Assembly: GCA_964600575.1 (NCBI GenBank)
Contig: CAZRJH010000001.1
Span: forward strand, 92,651-156,650
Direction of reading: 5' to 3'
Origin: an uncultured Gammaproteobacteria bacterium
GTDB taxonomy: Bacteria; Patescibacteriota; Microgenomatia; UBA8517
DNA length: 64,000 nt
The translations under genes and the position numbers were made by a program. This document shows, one piece after another, positions 28,087 to 37,526 of the stretch; the first letter of the stretch is position 1; each line of letters starts with the position of its first letter. The notes under the pieces were generated by a model, which had not been told where the DNA came from, made no database searches, and saw nothing but the letters and a program-made list of their open reading frames with translations.

Positions 28087-28707
28087 TTAATAGGTAAAAG
28101 TTAAGTCGGGGTTTGGCGCGATTTGCATCGGTAAAACCTCAACTGCAGATTGAATGGAGACCAAGCTTACCTTAGCCAAATCAAGGCCCCAGATTACACC
28201 GAGTGAATCTACAATGTATACCCTGTTGGGATACTCTGCAGTAACAAACGGCTGGTAAATATTAAGGGTGTAATCGTTTCCCTTAATAACGAATCGGATC
28301 GAGGTTGCGTCAACGGTCATGTTTTCCAACCCTAACACCTTTGCTTTGGTCCATTCCTCATTTGTAAGAATCACGCTGTGATCCTTTGAGTAGAGGGCTT
28401 GACCGTCAGAAAGATATGCAAGATTGATTGCATTTTCCGTTTCACGCAGTGCATTTGCCTCCGAAGAGGAAAGCCAGGCTTCGCTTAGCCACGGATTTGT
28501 GTCCGTTATTGGCGTTGCGCTGGGTTTGACTTCTGGCACAAAATATCTCGAAAGCGGATTGCTGAGCGGCGTAGCTGGACCGAGCCTAAAGAATACAAAC
28601 ACGCCATAGGCAATTAGCAAAACAGGTACGATTATCAGCAAAGCTTTACCGATCCATCCAAAGATGGTCTTTACGACCGTAAAATCTTCATTAAACGGGT
28701 TCCACAC
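28087..28707 (-). CDS. membrane-anchored protein of unknown family (single N-terminal TM); GC-rich gene, first gene of a 2-gene operon
   Basis: 206-aa ORF with a GTG start preceded by AAAGGAG. TM helix IGKALLIIVPVLLIAYGVFVFF. Its stop is 13 nt upstream of the next gene. Confidence 0.55.
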   Translation of the reverse strand: MWNPFNEDFTVVKTIFGWIGKALLIIVPVLLIAYGVFVFFRLGPATPLSNPLSRYFVPEVKPSATPITDTNPWLSEAWLSSSEANALRETENAINLAYLSDGQALYSKDHSVILTNEEWTKAKVLGLENMTVDATSIRFVIKGNDYTLNIYQPFVTAEYPNRVYIVDSLGVIWGLDLAKVSLVSIQSAVEVLPMQIAPNPDLTFTY

Positions 28708-28839
28708 GTTTTAATACTCCTTTCGTAGCATGTTAACGTGCCGCCTCACAAAAAAACCGACCTAAGACTGGCCGGTTGTAAATTCCTTCGATTACTCTCA
28801 GGACAAGGCGTTGTTGTCGAACTACCCTATATTATACAC

Positions 28840-28862
28840 AAGTTGTCAAAAGTTAACAACTT
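28840..28862. promoter_or_regulatory. perfect 7-bp inverted repeat AAGTTGT-N9-ACAACTT upstream of the PF04020 gene
   Basis: Read directly from the sequence, 16 nt upstream of the ATG at 28878. Confidence 0.3.
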
Positions 28863-28877
28863 CCATATACTGTTTAT

Positions 28878-29279
28878 GTGAGGACAATCCTTAAGCATTA
28901 CATTATAGACACCGTCTCTTTGTATATAGTTTCTCAGGCGGTTTTAGGTATGGTTTTTGCCAAGGGAATCGAAACTCTTCTTTTGACTGGTGCGGTTTTA
29001 ATGCTAGTTACATTAATTGCAAAACCCATAATTAATATTTTATTGCTTCCTATTAACTTGGTTACTTTCGGCTTGTTTAAATGGGTCGCATACGCAATTG
29101 CCTTTTTCCTGGTTACACTGGTAACGCCCGGTTTCAAAATTACCGTATTCAATTTTGTAGGATACGATTCTCATCTGTTTACGGTACCCCCGTTGTACTT
29201 AACAGGTTTTCTGGCATTTTTGGGCTTTGCTTTCTTAATTTCGTTTGTTTCTTCTGTAATCTACTGGATTTTTAAATAA
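28878..29279 (+). CDS. YvlD/PF04020-family 4-TM membrane protein (annotated in databases as phage holin superfamily IV-like)
   Basis: 133 aa with four TM helices. The central segment KPIINILLLPINLVTFGLFKWV matches the family consensus pattern. Confidence 0.5.
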   Translation: MRTILKHYIIDTVSLYIVSQAVLGMVFAKGIETLLLTGAVLMLVTLIAKPIINILLLPINLVTFGLFKWVAYAIAFFLVTLVTPGFKITVFNFVGYDSHLFTVPPLYLTGFLAFLGFAFLISFVSSVIYWIFK

Positions 29280-29332
29280 TTTCTTATACAAAAAAGCTTT
29301 GGTAATAGTTACCTTTGAGGTATAATCTAATC

Positions 29333-29548
29333 ATGAAGAGTTTTCTTTTAATAGCACAAATGACCGTCTCCGTGGTCCTTATTGTGCTTGTGCTTATGCA
29401 GGCCAGGGGAACGGGGCTTGGCAGAACAATGGGTATGAGCGGAGGAACTTCTTTCACAAGACGTGGCCTAGAAAAACTTATTTTCCGCGCCACCTTCGTT
29501 TTCGCGGGTTTGTTTTTGTTAATTTCGATTCTTGAGCTTTTGTCTTAA
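29333..29548 (+). CDS. secG: preprotein translocase subunit SecG
   Basis: Two TM helices flanking a Gly-rich loop (LVLMQARGTGLGRTMGMSGGTSFTRRGLEKL), the SecG hallmark. The ORF opens at 29315; the later Met is chosen. Confidence 0.65.
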   Translation: MKSFLLIAQMTVSVVLIVLVLMQARGTGLGRTMGMSGGTSFTRRGLEKLIFRATFVFAGLFLLISILELLS

Positions 29549-30876
29549 TGCTAAACCTCCGATACATTTTTAGGCTCACTGCCGCGTTTGTTACTCGTTT
29601 TAGGGCACTAATCGGTATAAGTGTCGGGGTTGGTATAGCTACTTTTTTTATTCTTAGATATCTTCTACCCTTTTTTTCGGGTAAATCGGTAGAAAAAATC
29701 GGCATAACGGGCAGATTTAACACTATCAACATGCCCTCAGTTATTACCGAGATGATAGGTGACGGTCTAACAAAGTTGGATAAAAGCGGGAATGTGGAAC
29801 CAAACTTAGCCAAATCCTGGGAAACACCCGATAAAGGCAAAACATGGATTTTTACTCTAAGAGACGGATTAATCTGGCAAGACGGTAAAAAAGTAACTTC
29901 TCAAACCATATCCTATCAATTTTCCGATGTTACCGTAGAACACCCCAACGATAACCAGATTGTTTTTAAGTTACAAAATCCTTATTCTGCTTTTCCGGCC
30001 GTTGTTAGTCACCCGACATTTAAAAAGGGTCTTTTAGGAACGGGCGCATGGGAAGTCAAAAATATAGTTTTAAGCGGTTCAAATGTAGAGCAAGTTTTAT
30101 TGCAGGAAAAGCAAACCGGCATTAGAAAAATTTTTAAATTTTACCCAACAGAAGATAGAACCAAATTGGCATTTGAACTTGGTGAGGTCGACACCCTTAA
30201 AGATATTTTAAATCCGGCGCCTTTGGATTCGTGGAAAAAAATAAAAATAGAAAGAATTGTAAACAAGGGTGAATATGTTGCTGTCTTTTTCAACTCTCAA
30301 GACAAACTGCTTGCCGAAAAAAATCTTAGACAAGCCTTAAGCTATGCAATAGATAAAGAAGTTTTGGCAGGAGAGAGGGCCTTGGGGCCAATTTCGGCTA
30401 ATTCCTGGGCATTTAATCCTTTGGTTAAACCCTACAGCTTTGATTTTGAAAAAGCCAAAGGAATAGTTGATGATTACAAAAAGGAGTCAAAATTAGAAAA
30501 TCTGGAGGTTAATTTATCGGCACCTCCGCTTTTGTTGCCTCAGGCAGAAAAGGTGGCAAAAAACTGGAGCGATCTTGGTATTAAAGTTAATTTGCAAGTA
30601 ACGGCAGGTGTGCCTTCGGAATACCAAGCCTTTATGGCAATTTTTGATATTCCGGACGACCCGGATCAATATTCTATTTGGCATTCGACCCAAACAACAA
30701 CGAATCTTACTAACTACCAAAATCCGAGAATAGATAAACTTTTAGAAGATGGAAGAAGTGAAATTAATCTGGAAGACAGAAAAAGAATCTATTTAGATTT
30801 TCAAAGATTTTTAGTAGAAGATTCTCCTGCTGCATTTTTGTATTACCCCGAAACCTTTACCATTAGTCGCCGCTAA
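29548..30876 (+). CDS. ABC transporter substrate-binding protein, family 5 (peptide/nickel type), membrane-anchored
   Basis: N-terminal TM anchor, then the family-5 SBP pattern (LAKSWETPDKGKTWIFTLRDGLIWQDGKKVTSQTISYQF). 442 aa. Confidence 0.6.
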   Translation: MLNLRYIFRLTAAFVTRFRALIGISVGVGIATFFILRYLLPFFSGKSVEKIGITGRFNTINMPSVITEMIGDGLTKLDKSGNVEPNLAKSWETPDKGKTWIFTLRDGLIWQDGKKVTSQTISYQFSDVTVEHPNDNQIVFKLQNPYSAFPAVVSHPTFKKGLLGTGAWEVKNIVLSGSNVEQVLLQEKQTGIRKIFKFYPTEDRTKLAFELGEVDTLKDILNPAPLDSWKKIKIERIVNKGEYVAVFFNSQDKLLAEKNLRQALSYAIDKEVLAGERALGPISANSWAFNPLVKPYSFDFEKAKGIVDDYKKESKLENLEVNLSAPPLLLPQAEKVAKNWSDLGIKVNLQVTAGVPSEYQAFMAIFDIPDDPDQYSIWHSTQTTTNLTNYQNPRIDKLLEDGRSEINLEDRKRIYLDFQRFLVEDSPAAFLYYPETFTISRR

Positions 30877-30893
30877 TTTGATAATATAAAAGA

Positions 30894-32054
30894 ATGAAGG
30901 TAATCTTGGGCGGCTGGTATCAAAGGACAACACTCCATCTTAGCGAAATATACGATTTATTTTCTGCAGCCAAGTCGGAATTACCACTTGATTCCGATCG
31001 ACTTCAATACTTTAGGTCCAATTCCAATTTAGAAAAGGTAACAAGAGAACCCGGATATTTAGAATATGTGTCGGCTGTTTCAAAAGATAGTATAAACATT
31101 AGATATTTTGAAGACGGCCTATACACTCTTTCTTCGGAAGGTGATGATATCGAAGATCTAAAAGAAAAATTAACGGGTTACTTTCAAACAAAATTTTTCC
31201 CCGCAATTTCGTATATCTTTTCTCTGGGTGCTCCAACCCCCAAAATCCTGGCAAATATCAAAACAATCCATCCGATTGTTGTAACCGACCAAACTAAAGA
31301 CTTCTCAAAATATAAAATAGACGAAGAAAAATTTGGCACAGTTTACTCAAAGGTAGAAGCGGGAGATTTTTGCGTTTTTAAGACCCCTAATTTTATTTTT
31401 GTAGTTTCCAAACACAAAGATGAAAAAATGGCTGAAAATTTAGTCGATCTGCAAATATTTTTTAGGGAGTTCAAAGATCAGCTTCAAAAATACCTCAATA
31501 TTCATAGAATTATTTGGCAGGAAATCTCGGCCCTAAAGGAGAAAAAAGAAATAAAAGGCAAAGATATAAAAACAGTACGCGGACAGTTGGAAGATTATCA
31601 AAACACAATTAATTTGATCACCAACAGGATCAATCAGATGGCAGCCTATATAAAAACAAGGCAAATGATAGCCAAGGAATTTAAATTAGAAGAAAGTCTT
31701 TTAAAACTTTATCAATATAAATTTGATGCTCTAAACGACTCGCTTACCTACATAAAAGAGATTTGGAAGATGACTTCGGATTATGTTAACTCCGCAATTC
31801 AAGTTCTTGCAGGGTTGGAAGAAAGAAGTCTCAACAATAGCGTTAAGTCCTTGCAAATAATAACTAGTGTCGGGGTTATTTCGGGCGTTTTGGGTTATCT
31901 TTCCAAAGACGTACTACCAAAGCCCACAAAAGCGGGTTTGGAGTTTTTTGGAATACTCCTGACTGTTACCCTAATCATGAATCTCTTAATTAACTTTTTC
32001 TACAAGAATATTAAATACAAAATGAAGTTTAGCGAAAGAAAGAAAGATATCTAA
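30894..32054 (+). CDS. CorA-like topology protein (soluble N-terminal domain, coiled coil, two C-terminal TM helices, basic tail) lacking the GMN motif
   Basis: The C-terminus IITSVGVISGVLGYL-(loop)-LEFFGILLTVTLIMNLLINFFYKNIKYK follows CorA architecture, with GVLGY in place of YGMNF. Confidence 0.35.
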   Translation: MKVILGGWYQRTTLHLSEIYDLFSAAKSELPLDSDRLQYFRSNSNLEKVTREPGYLEYVSAVSKDSINIRYFEDGLYTLSSEGDDIEDLKEKLTGYFQTKFFPAISYIFSLGAPTPKILANIKTIHPIVVTDQTKDFSKYKIDEEKFGTVYSKVEAGDFCVFKTPNFIFVVSKHKDEKMAENLVDLQIFFREFKDQLQKYLNIHRIIWQEISALKEKKEIKGKDIKTVRGQLEDYQNTINLITNRINQMAAYIKTRQMIAKEFKLEESLLKLYQYKFDALNDSLTYIKEIWKMTSDYVNSAIQVLAGLEERSLNNSVKSLQIITSVGVISGVLGYLSKDVLPKPTKAGLEFFGILLTVTLIMNLLINFFYKNIKYKMKFSERKKDI

Positions 32055-32060
32055 CACCAA

Positions 32061-32657
32061 TCACGGTTTATTTACTACAAATGGAAATGGATTGGTGTTT
32101 CCTGGGTTGGCAAATTCTGATAATGTCTTTTTTAAATCCAGATTTCCAACCTGTTGTTCAGGAAAAACATCTGCTAAGTCGTATTCACCCCCAAAATCTT
32201 GCTGAATACGATCAAAAAGACTTTTTGCATCTTCGTTTCGAAAGTCAAAACGTTTAACTCTGAAACTATGTTCGCGTTTGGCGTCCTTTGCTGCAATTAA
32301 AATATACTTGGGTCTGTGGGAAACTTCTTTTCTGCCCCCATAATGAAAATCTAGAGTAACTTTTACTAAGAGATTGTTGTCAGTTGTAGCTGTTCTCTGA
32401 ACTTGAATTTCTTGTGCATCGGAGTGTCTGCCAAGATGGCTGTAACCCACTTTTATTTCAACTTTACCATCTGAAGTTTTTGATGTGCTTTCAACCTCAC
32501 ATTTAGTATCATCGTAGGCTAAATGGTAATTTGTATCAAGGTTGGCAGAGTCCTGTCTAAAAACTATTCCGGCTTTCTTAAATTCTTTTTTAGCTTCTGA
32601 CAATTTTCGTGTCCTTGATAACTTTTCTCTTAATCCGTCAAATAAGTTTTCTGCCAC
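32061..32657 (-). CDS. hypothetical protein
   Basis: 198-aa ORF. No motif recognised. Confidence 0.45.
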   Translation of the reverse strand: MAENLFDGLREKLSRTRKLSEAKKEFKKAGIVFRQDSANLDTNYHLAYDDTKCEVESTSKTSDGKVEIKVGYSHLGRHSDAQEIQVQRTATTDNNLLVKVTLDFHYGGRKEVSHRPKYILIAAKDAKREHSFRVKRFDFRNEDAKSLFDRIQQDFGGEYDLADVFPEQQVGNLDLKKTLSEFANPGNTNPFPFVVNKP

Positions 32658-32688
32658 AAGCTATTTTAACACGCGTTTGTTAAACAGG

Positions 32689-33861
32689 CTATTTTTTGAC
32701 CTCACAATCTGTCCCGAGTCCGCCTACACATTCTTCTGTTGGGGGTTTGCCGCGCTCCGGGCACTTCTCCGAATAAATACAGGCGTCGTTACTTATTGAT
32801 TTGATTTGAGAGTTGATAGCATCTTGATCACTCGAACCGTAGGTAACTAACACCTGATCAAGATCGTTTGGTTTGTAGGTAAGTCCTTCGGCGTTTAGTG
32901 TTCCATTTACAAAAACCTTTAATGTTGATGTCGTGGTATCAGCCGGGAAGTTTATCTTAACCGAGTCTGTAAAGTCCTTTATAGACACACCCGCTTTGTG
33001 TAAATGAACCACTTTACCGTTGCCGTCGTGAACATGTGTAGAGTCGCTAAGCTCTTTTCCTTTCTCTGATTGGTATTTTGGCAAACTTAAATCAGCGGCT
33101 ACTCCGCCCGTGTAAATTTTAATATCATAATGAGCATGAAATGCTTTGGTATCACTACTTGCGGTGATGGGGTTTTTGGCTAAGGCATCCTCAATAAGTT
33201 TTTTAAACGCTTCATAGCTTTGGGGATTGCCAATCTTTTGACCGTTAAGGAAAAATGTAGGTGTTCCGGTTATTCCTGCAAGATTTCCGTCTGCTAGATC
33301 TTTATTAATTCTGTTTTTGACCTCCTCTGATTTAACATCTGTTTTGTATTTTTTCACATCAAGACCTGAATCTTTTGCATAGGTTTCAAAAGTATCTTCT
33401 ACTTTTGTCGATGCGGACCATTCTTCTTGATTTTCGTAAATGGCATCGTGCATCTCCCAGAATTTACCTTGAATGCCAGCGGCCTCAGCTGCTTGGTGTG
33501 CAGGTGTTGCGTTTTTGTGACTAGGAAGTGGGTAGTTTCTAAAGACGAAGTTAATCTTTCCGTTAAATTCCTCCATTACTTTTTTGACAAGGGGGTAATA
33601 AGCACTACAAGCAGGACATTGAAAGTCTCCAAACTCAACCAGTGTTACGGAAGAATTATCGACAGGCGGCAAATGTTTGCCCTCTTTAATGCCGGAGGTT
33701 TTATAAACGCCTGATGGCGCCAAAACTTCGTCCGAAATTTTTTTAGAATCAACTTTTGTGTCCGGGGTTTTACTAAAAAGAAAAACACCTCCAATCAAAA
33801 CCAAAAGGGTGATGCCTACAACCGAAATAAATATTATGTTTCGTTGTAAAAAATCTTTCAT
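32689..33861 (-). CDS. membrane-anchored DsbA-like thiol:disulfide oxidoreductase with Cys-rich C-terminal extension
   Basis: N-terminal TM helix and a thioredoxin-fold CxxC active site (FGDFQCPACSAY). Six Cys in the last 50 aa. Confidence 0.65.
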   Translation of the reverse strand: MKDFLQRNIIFISVVGITLLVLIGGVFLFSKTPDTKVDSKKISDEVLAPSGVYKTSGIKEGKHLPPVDNSSVTLVEFGDFQCPACSAYYPLVKKVMEEFNGKINFVFRNYPLPSHKNATPAHQAAEAAGIQGKFWEMHDAIYENQEEWSASTKVEDTFETYAKDSGLDVKKYKTDVKSEEVKNRINKDLADGNLAGITGTPTFFLNGQKIGNPQSYEAFKKLIEDALAKNPITASSDTKAFHAHYDIKIYTGGVAADLSLPKYQSEKGKELSDSTHVHDGNGKVVHLHKAGVSIKDFTDSVKINFPADTTTSTLKVFVNGTLNAEGLTYKPNDLDQVLVTYGSSDQDAINSQIKSISNDACIYSEKCPERGKPPTEECVGGLGTDCEVKK

Positions 33862-33942
33862 TTAACGAGTCATTGTACCAGCTTTTTTGTATTTTAACCA
33901 ACTAAATTTGCAGAAAACTAACTTTAGTTTTAATATTCGTGC

Positions 33943-34434
33943 ATGTTAACAGAAAGAAACGAAAACGAAATATCAGAATCCGTAAGGCATTTTATAAGCT
34001 CGGGTGAAAACGAAGGAATATTAATTTATCCACTTTCAGGCTCGGAAATACAACATGATAAATTTAATGTGATTTTTTGCGCTGCGGGTTTTGTAAAAGA
34101 CCAAAGAGGTGAAAAAATTGACTTTGTAACTTTTACAACAGACGGGGAAAGAGAATCCGCCACAAAATTTCATAGAGAAATTTTTGAATGGGCATATGGT
34201 GATACCCAAGAGGGAATAGTTGACTTGGAAGGATGGCTGCAAGCTGCGTATGACGCATATTTTTCCGAAGATCCTTTGTTTGCAATAAGTTTTGGAACAT
34301 ACGAAAATTCGGGAGACAGGGCTGTTTTCATACATGCACAAAGGGGTGTAAGTGAGAACTCGGCAATCAATATCCTAAAAAAGTTTGCCGAAATCAAGCT
34401 TTTTGGCGGCGAGTTCAATGTAAACCTGGATTAA
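33943..34434 (+). CDS. hypothetical protein
   Basis: 163-aa ORF. No motif recognised. Confidence 0.45.
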   Translation: MLTERNENEISESVRHFISSGENEGILIYPLSGSEIQHDKFNVIFCAAGFVKDQRGEKIDFVTFTTDGERESATKFHREIFEWAYGDTQEGIVDLEGWLQAAYDAYFSEDPLFAISFGTYENSGDRAVFIHAQRGVSENSAINILKKFAEIKLFGGEFNVNLD

Positions 34435-34524
34435 TATATAAACCGGTTGAGTAGTTATCTCCTATAGTGTAAAATATAGCTTCAGCAAGTACTTTAACCG
34501 CCAAATCTCAAAAAGGAGGCCTCT

Positions 34525-35352
34525 GTGAAAAGGATATTTTATCTTTTCATTCTGGCGACAATCTCACTTTCGGCGTGTAGCTCCGGGTCCCCCTCGTTGG
34601 AGACTCCGACAAACACAGCCACGCCGCAATCAACTCCTACTGAAACTTTAGTGCCTTTTACACCTACCCCGACTTTGACGCCAACACCCACGATAACTCT
34701 GACACCGACTGCAACGCCGGATATTGGGGGGATCAACTACAAGGGTTATTGGCTCAAAATGACTAAAGATTTCAATGATTATGGCAGCCAAACGCTGACC
34801 ATGTATTACCAAGATGGATCAAATCTAACGGTTATTGCCACGTTTTGTGTACGGGGAAGTGACAATGGCACACCGAACGGATTTTATTTCATCGCGTTGG
34901 ATCGCCCCACCACCTACCCGACAGCGCGCGGTTATGAAACCACTTTCTTCTCACACAACTTTGGTTGGAAGTTAGGACAGCGTAGCTGGTATTTGCATCC
35001 GGCACCGTGGAACGATGCAGGAGAGGCGGGTTGTCCACTCAAAAGCACCGGAGGGTGTGTAAATATGCGACCGACTGATTTTGACATAATTCTGAGCGGT
35101 GGCGATTACACTAATCCGTTGACGGGAGAAAAGTCGGTAATTCCGAATCTTGGTATTGGAACTCCGTTTGTAATTACTTATCACGAAAGTGACTGTACAT
35201 ATGTCGGAGAATGTTTTAACTATTTCGGATGTACTACAGGAAGAGAGTGTTTTGCAAAATACACTTGCCAGCTCTGCACAGAGCCCTCTCCGAGGTATAT
35301 GGAAATGTTACGACAAGCACCCTTTATAGAGATTTTTGACCTACCACGTTAG
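34525..35352 (+). CDS. lipoprotein with Thr/Pro-rich linker and C-terminal L,D-transpeptidase (YkuD-like) catalytic domain
   Basis: GTG start after AAAGGAGG. Lipobox LSAC. TP-repeat linker (PTPTLTPTPTITLTPTATP). Catalytic context YLHPAPW ... STGGCVNM matches the H ... (S/T)xGC(V/I)(R/N) LDT motif. GC is about 47%. Confidence 0.55.
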   Translation: MKRIFYLFILATISLSACSSGSPSLETPTNTATPQSTPTETLVPFTPTPTLTPTPTITLTPTATPDIGGINYKGYWLKMTKDFNDYGSQTLTMYYQDGSNLTVIATFCVRGSDNGTPNGFYFIALDRPTTYPTARGYETTFFSHNFGWKLGQRSWYLHPAPWNDAGEAGCPLKSTGGCVNMRPTDFDIILSGGDYTNPLTGEKSVIPNLGIGTPFVITYHESDCTYVGECFNYFGCTTGRECFAKYTCQLCTEPSPRYMEMLRQAPFIEIFDLPR

Positions 35353-35369
35353 TTTCCGTTATTGCGGGG

Positions 35370-35410
35370 GAATTTGATTTATCAAAGGCCCCCGCTTTTT
35401 TGTGGCTTGT
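35370..35410 (+). terminator. rho-independent terminator (GCGGGGG ... CCCCCGC + T7)
   Basis: Perfect 7-bp GC stem followed by TTTTTTT immediately after the LDT gene stop. Confidence 0.6.
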
Positions 35411-35465
35411 TTTGATGTGACAAGGACACACAAAAATCAAATTTTTGATGTGATAAAATCGGCAT

Positions 35466-36059
35466 GTGACAAAAGAAAACTTAGACTACAAACCTTCTTA
35501 TATTTCTACTGACAATGACTATTTGGGTAGGCAGATTACTTCGGGAGTAAATGAACTTTTTAGTTTGCGAGGATCTAAAAACGGAGATAAAGATAAAAAC
35601 AATATGGTACTAAGGGGTTTGGTAAGACTTGTCTCGGGTAAGATTTTGGATATTTATCCGGCAATAACAAAAGACCCAAACGATATAGTTGGTAATCTTT
35701 TTGAAAGTCTAAAAGAAAAGTACTCCAAGAACATTTTAAAAGTTCACAAAGTAGACGGGGTAGATTTCCCTGTGTTCGATTACAAAAGAAAAATTGTAAC
35801 GACGGGTAATTTACCCGAAGGTGCGGAACCTAGAGTTAAAACATACGAATCACTTGTTACTTGGAGCAAATTAGTTTTTGATAACCAACCATTTTTGTGG
35901 CAAGAATCCACTCCCAAAGAGGAACGAGAATGGGAAGCGGCAAGAGATGTTCAGTCGATTGCTTTTATATCCAGAATTGTTTTTAACGAAACAACTAAAA
36001 GTGCGGAAGTTCGTGGGCTACCCCCTCTGATGGTGCCGCAGGTTTACTGGAAGATTTAG
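35466..36059 (+). CDS. hypothetical protein
   Basis: 197-aa ORF. No motif recognised. Confidence 0.45.
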   Translation: MTKENLDYKPSYISTDNDYLGRQITSGVNELFSLRGSKNGDKDKNNMVLRGLVRLVSGKILDIYPAITKDPNDIVGNLFESLKEKYSKNILKVHKVDGVDFPVFDYKRKIVTTGNLPEGAEPRVKTYESLVTWSKLVFDNQPFLWQESTPKEEREWEAARDVQSIAFISRIVFNETTKSAEVRGLPPLMVPQVYWKI

Positions 36060-36547
36060 CTCTGGTCTTCTTTTTTCTTCTTCCTTTTTTCCAAAAATCC
36101 TACAACTCTTTCTTTAACTCCACCCGAAATTTGTTTAACCTTTTCTCCTCCGGCAACGCCTGCAGTTACAACTTTTACACCCAAAAGACCCCCGAGTTTG
36201 GCTGCTTTTATTGCAACTTTACTAAAAGGTTCGGAAGGCACTACTCCCGCCAACGGAGCCCTAAGGGTTACAATCGGTTTTGCGATTTTCCAGGATGTAT
36301 CCTGTATGCCAAGCATGATTTCGTTGAATTTGGAGGAGACTCCTTGGACACCCTTCAACCTCTCCGCAATAAGTTTTAGCTTTCCTTCGGGCAAGGCATC
36401 CACCACTTGTCTGTAAGCCTCCATTTGAGCCTCCGAGACTGTTACCTCCGCATCTGTCTCCAAATATTCGGCTGTTCGCTTAACCACATAATCCCTGAGT
36501 TGGATTTTTGGGTCCACTCCCGGTTCAAGCTCAAATCTTTCTTTCAT
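36056..36547 (-). CDS. hypothetical protein (Gly/Val-rich, basic C-terminal tail)
   Basis: 163-aa ORF, convergent with and overlapping the previous gene by 4 nt. Confidence 0.45.
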   Translation of the reverse strand: MKERFELEPGVDPKIQLRDYVVKRTAEYLETDAEVTVSEAQMEAYRQVVDALPEGKLKLIAERLKGVQGVSSKFNEIMLGIQDTSWKIAKPIVTLRAPLAGVVPSEPFSKVAIKAAKLGGLLGVKVVTAGVAGGEKVKQISGGVKERVVGFLEKRKKKKEDQS

Positions 36548-36568
36548 AAGCGTATTATATAATAACTC

Positions 36569-37513
36569 ATGCTCAAAGATGTTGCGTTTGTAAAATTCGG
36601 AGGCGGAAACGGCGGACGAGGTAAGCTTTCGTTTAGAAGTAATAAAAAAGGCCCTGACGGCGGAAACGGCGGCAAAGGCGGTGATCTTTATGTTGTAGCA
36701 GTTTCCGACCCAAAGCTTCTAAACCAATTTAGCCGTGAGGACACGTTTATCGCCGAAAACGGCAGAAACGGCGGAGAAAACGGTAAAACAGGTAAGAAGG
36801 GCGAAGACTTAGAAATCAAACTTCCCGTAGGGACCGATATTATTGACTCTGCTTCAGGCAAAACAATTTACGATCTAAAATATCCCGGTGAAAAGGTTTG
36901 TATTGCAAAAGGCGGCCGCGGAGGAATGGGAAACCAGGAATTTAAAGGTTCCACAAACACTACACCAAGATTTGCGCAGCCGGGTGAAGAAGGGGAGGTA
37001 AAAGATTTAAAACTATCACTTAAACTCATTGCCGATTTTGGGTTGGTGGGTCTTCCTAACTCGGGGAAAAGCAGTCTTCTTAACGAATTAACTGGTGCAC
37101 ACTCTCCCACGGCAGATTACGCTTTTACAACACTTTCCCCCGCACTCGGGGTTTTGGATAAAAAAGTAATTGCGGATATCCCCGGTCTTATAGAGGGAGC
37201 ATCAAGCGGTAAGGGTTTAGGAATTTCATTTTTAAAACATATAGAAAAAGTTAGCGGGATTTTGCATTGCATATCTCTTCAGACGCAAGACCCTGTTGGT
37301 GACTACCAAACAATTAGAAAAGAGTTGGGGGTTTTTAATCCAGAACTTTTGGAGAAGTCGGAAACCATTGTTTTAACCAAGTCAGATCTGGTTACGGAGG
37401 ATGAAATTAACAATTTTAAAGAGAAATTTATTAAATTAAATAAAGAAGTACTGTCTGTTTCCATTCACGATTTGGAGGCCTTGGAGGGTTTAAAGCGCTT
37501 AATAGCAAGCTAA
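36569..37513 (+). CDS. obg: GTPase Obg, minimal form (Obg fold + G domain, no C-terminal domain)
   Basis: Glycine-rich Obg N-domain (FGGGNGGRGKLSFRSNKKGPDGGNGGKGGDLY) and G1 motif GLVGLPNSGKSSLLN. 314 aa. Confidence 0.85.
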   Translation: MLKDVAFVKFGGGNGGRGKLSFRSNKKGPDGGNGGKGGDLYVVAVSDPKLLNQFSREDTFIAENGRNGGENGKTGKKGEDLEIKLPVGTDIIDSASGKTIYDLKYPGEKVCIAKGGRGGMGNQEFKGSTNTTPRFAQPGEEGEVKDLKLSLKLIADFGLVGLPNSGKSSLLNELTGAHSPTADYAFTTLSPALGVLDKKVIADIPGLIEGASSGKGLGISFLKHIEKVSGILHCISLQTQDPVGDYQTIRKELGVFNPELLEKSETIVLTKSDLVTEDEINNFKEKFIKLNKEVLSVSIHDLEALEGLKRLIAS

Positions 37514-37526
37514 AAAGTTCGACTAC

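Noticed and set aside
34539-34736. 65-aa minus-strand ORF with VGVGV repeats
   Set aside because: It is a mirror artefact of the Thr/Pro-rich repeat in the LDT lipoprotein gene.
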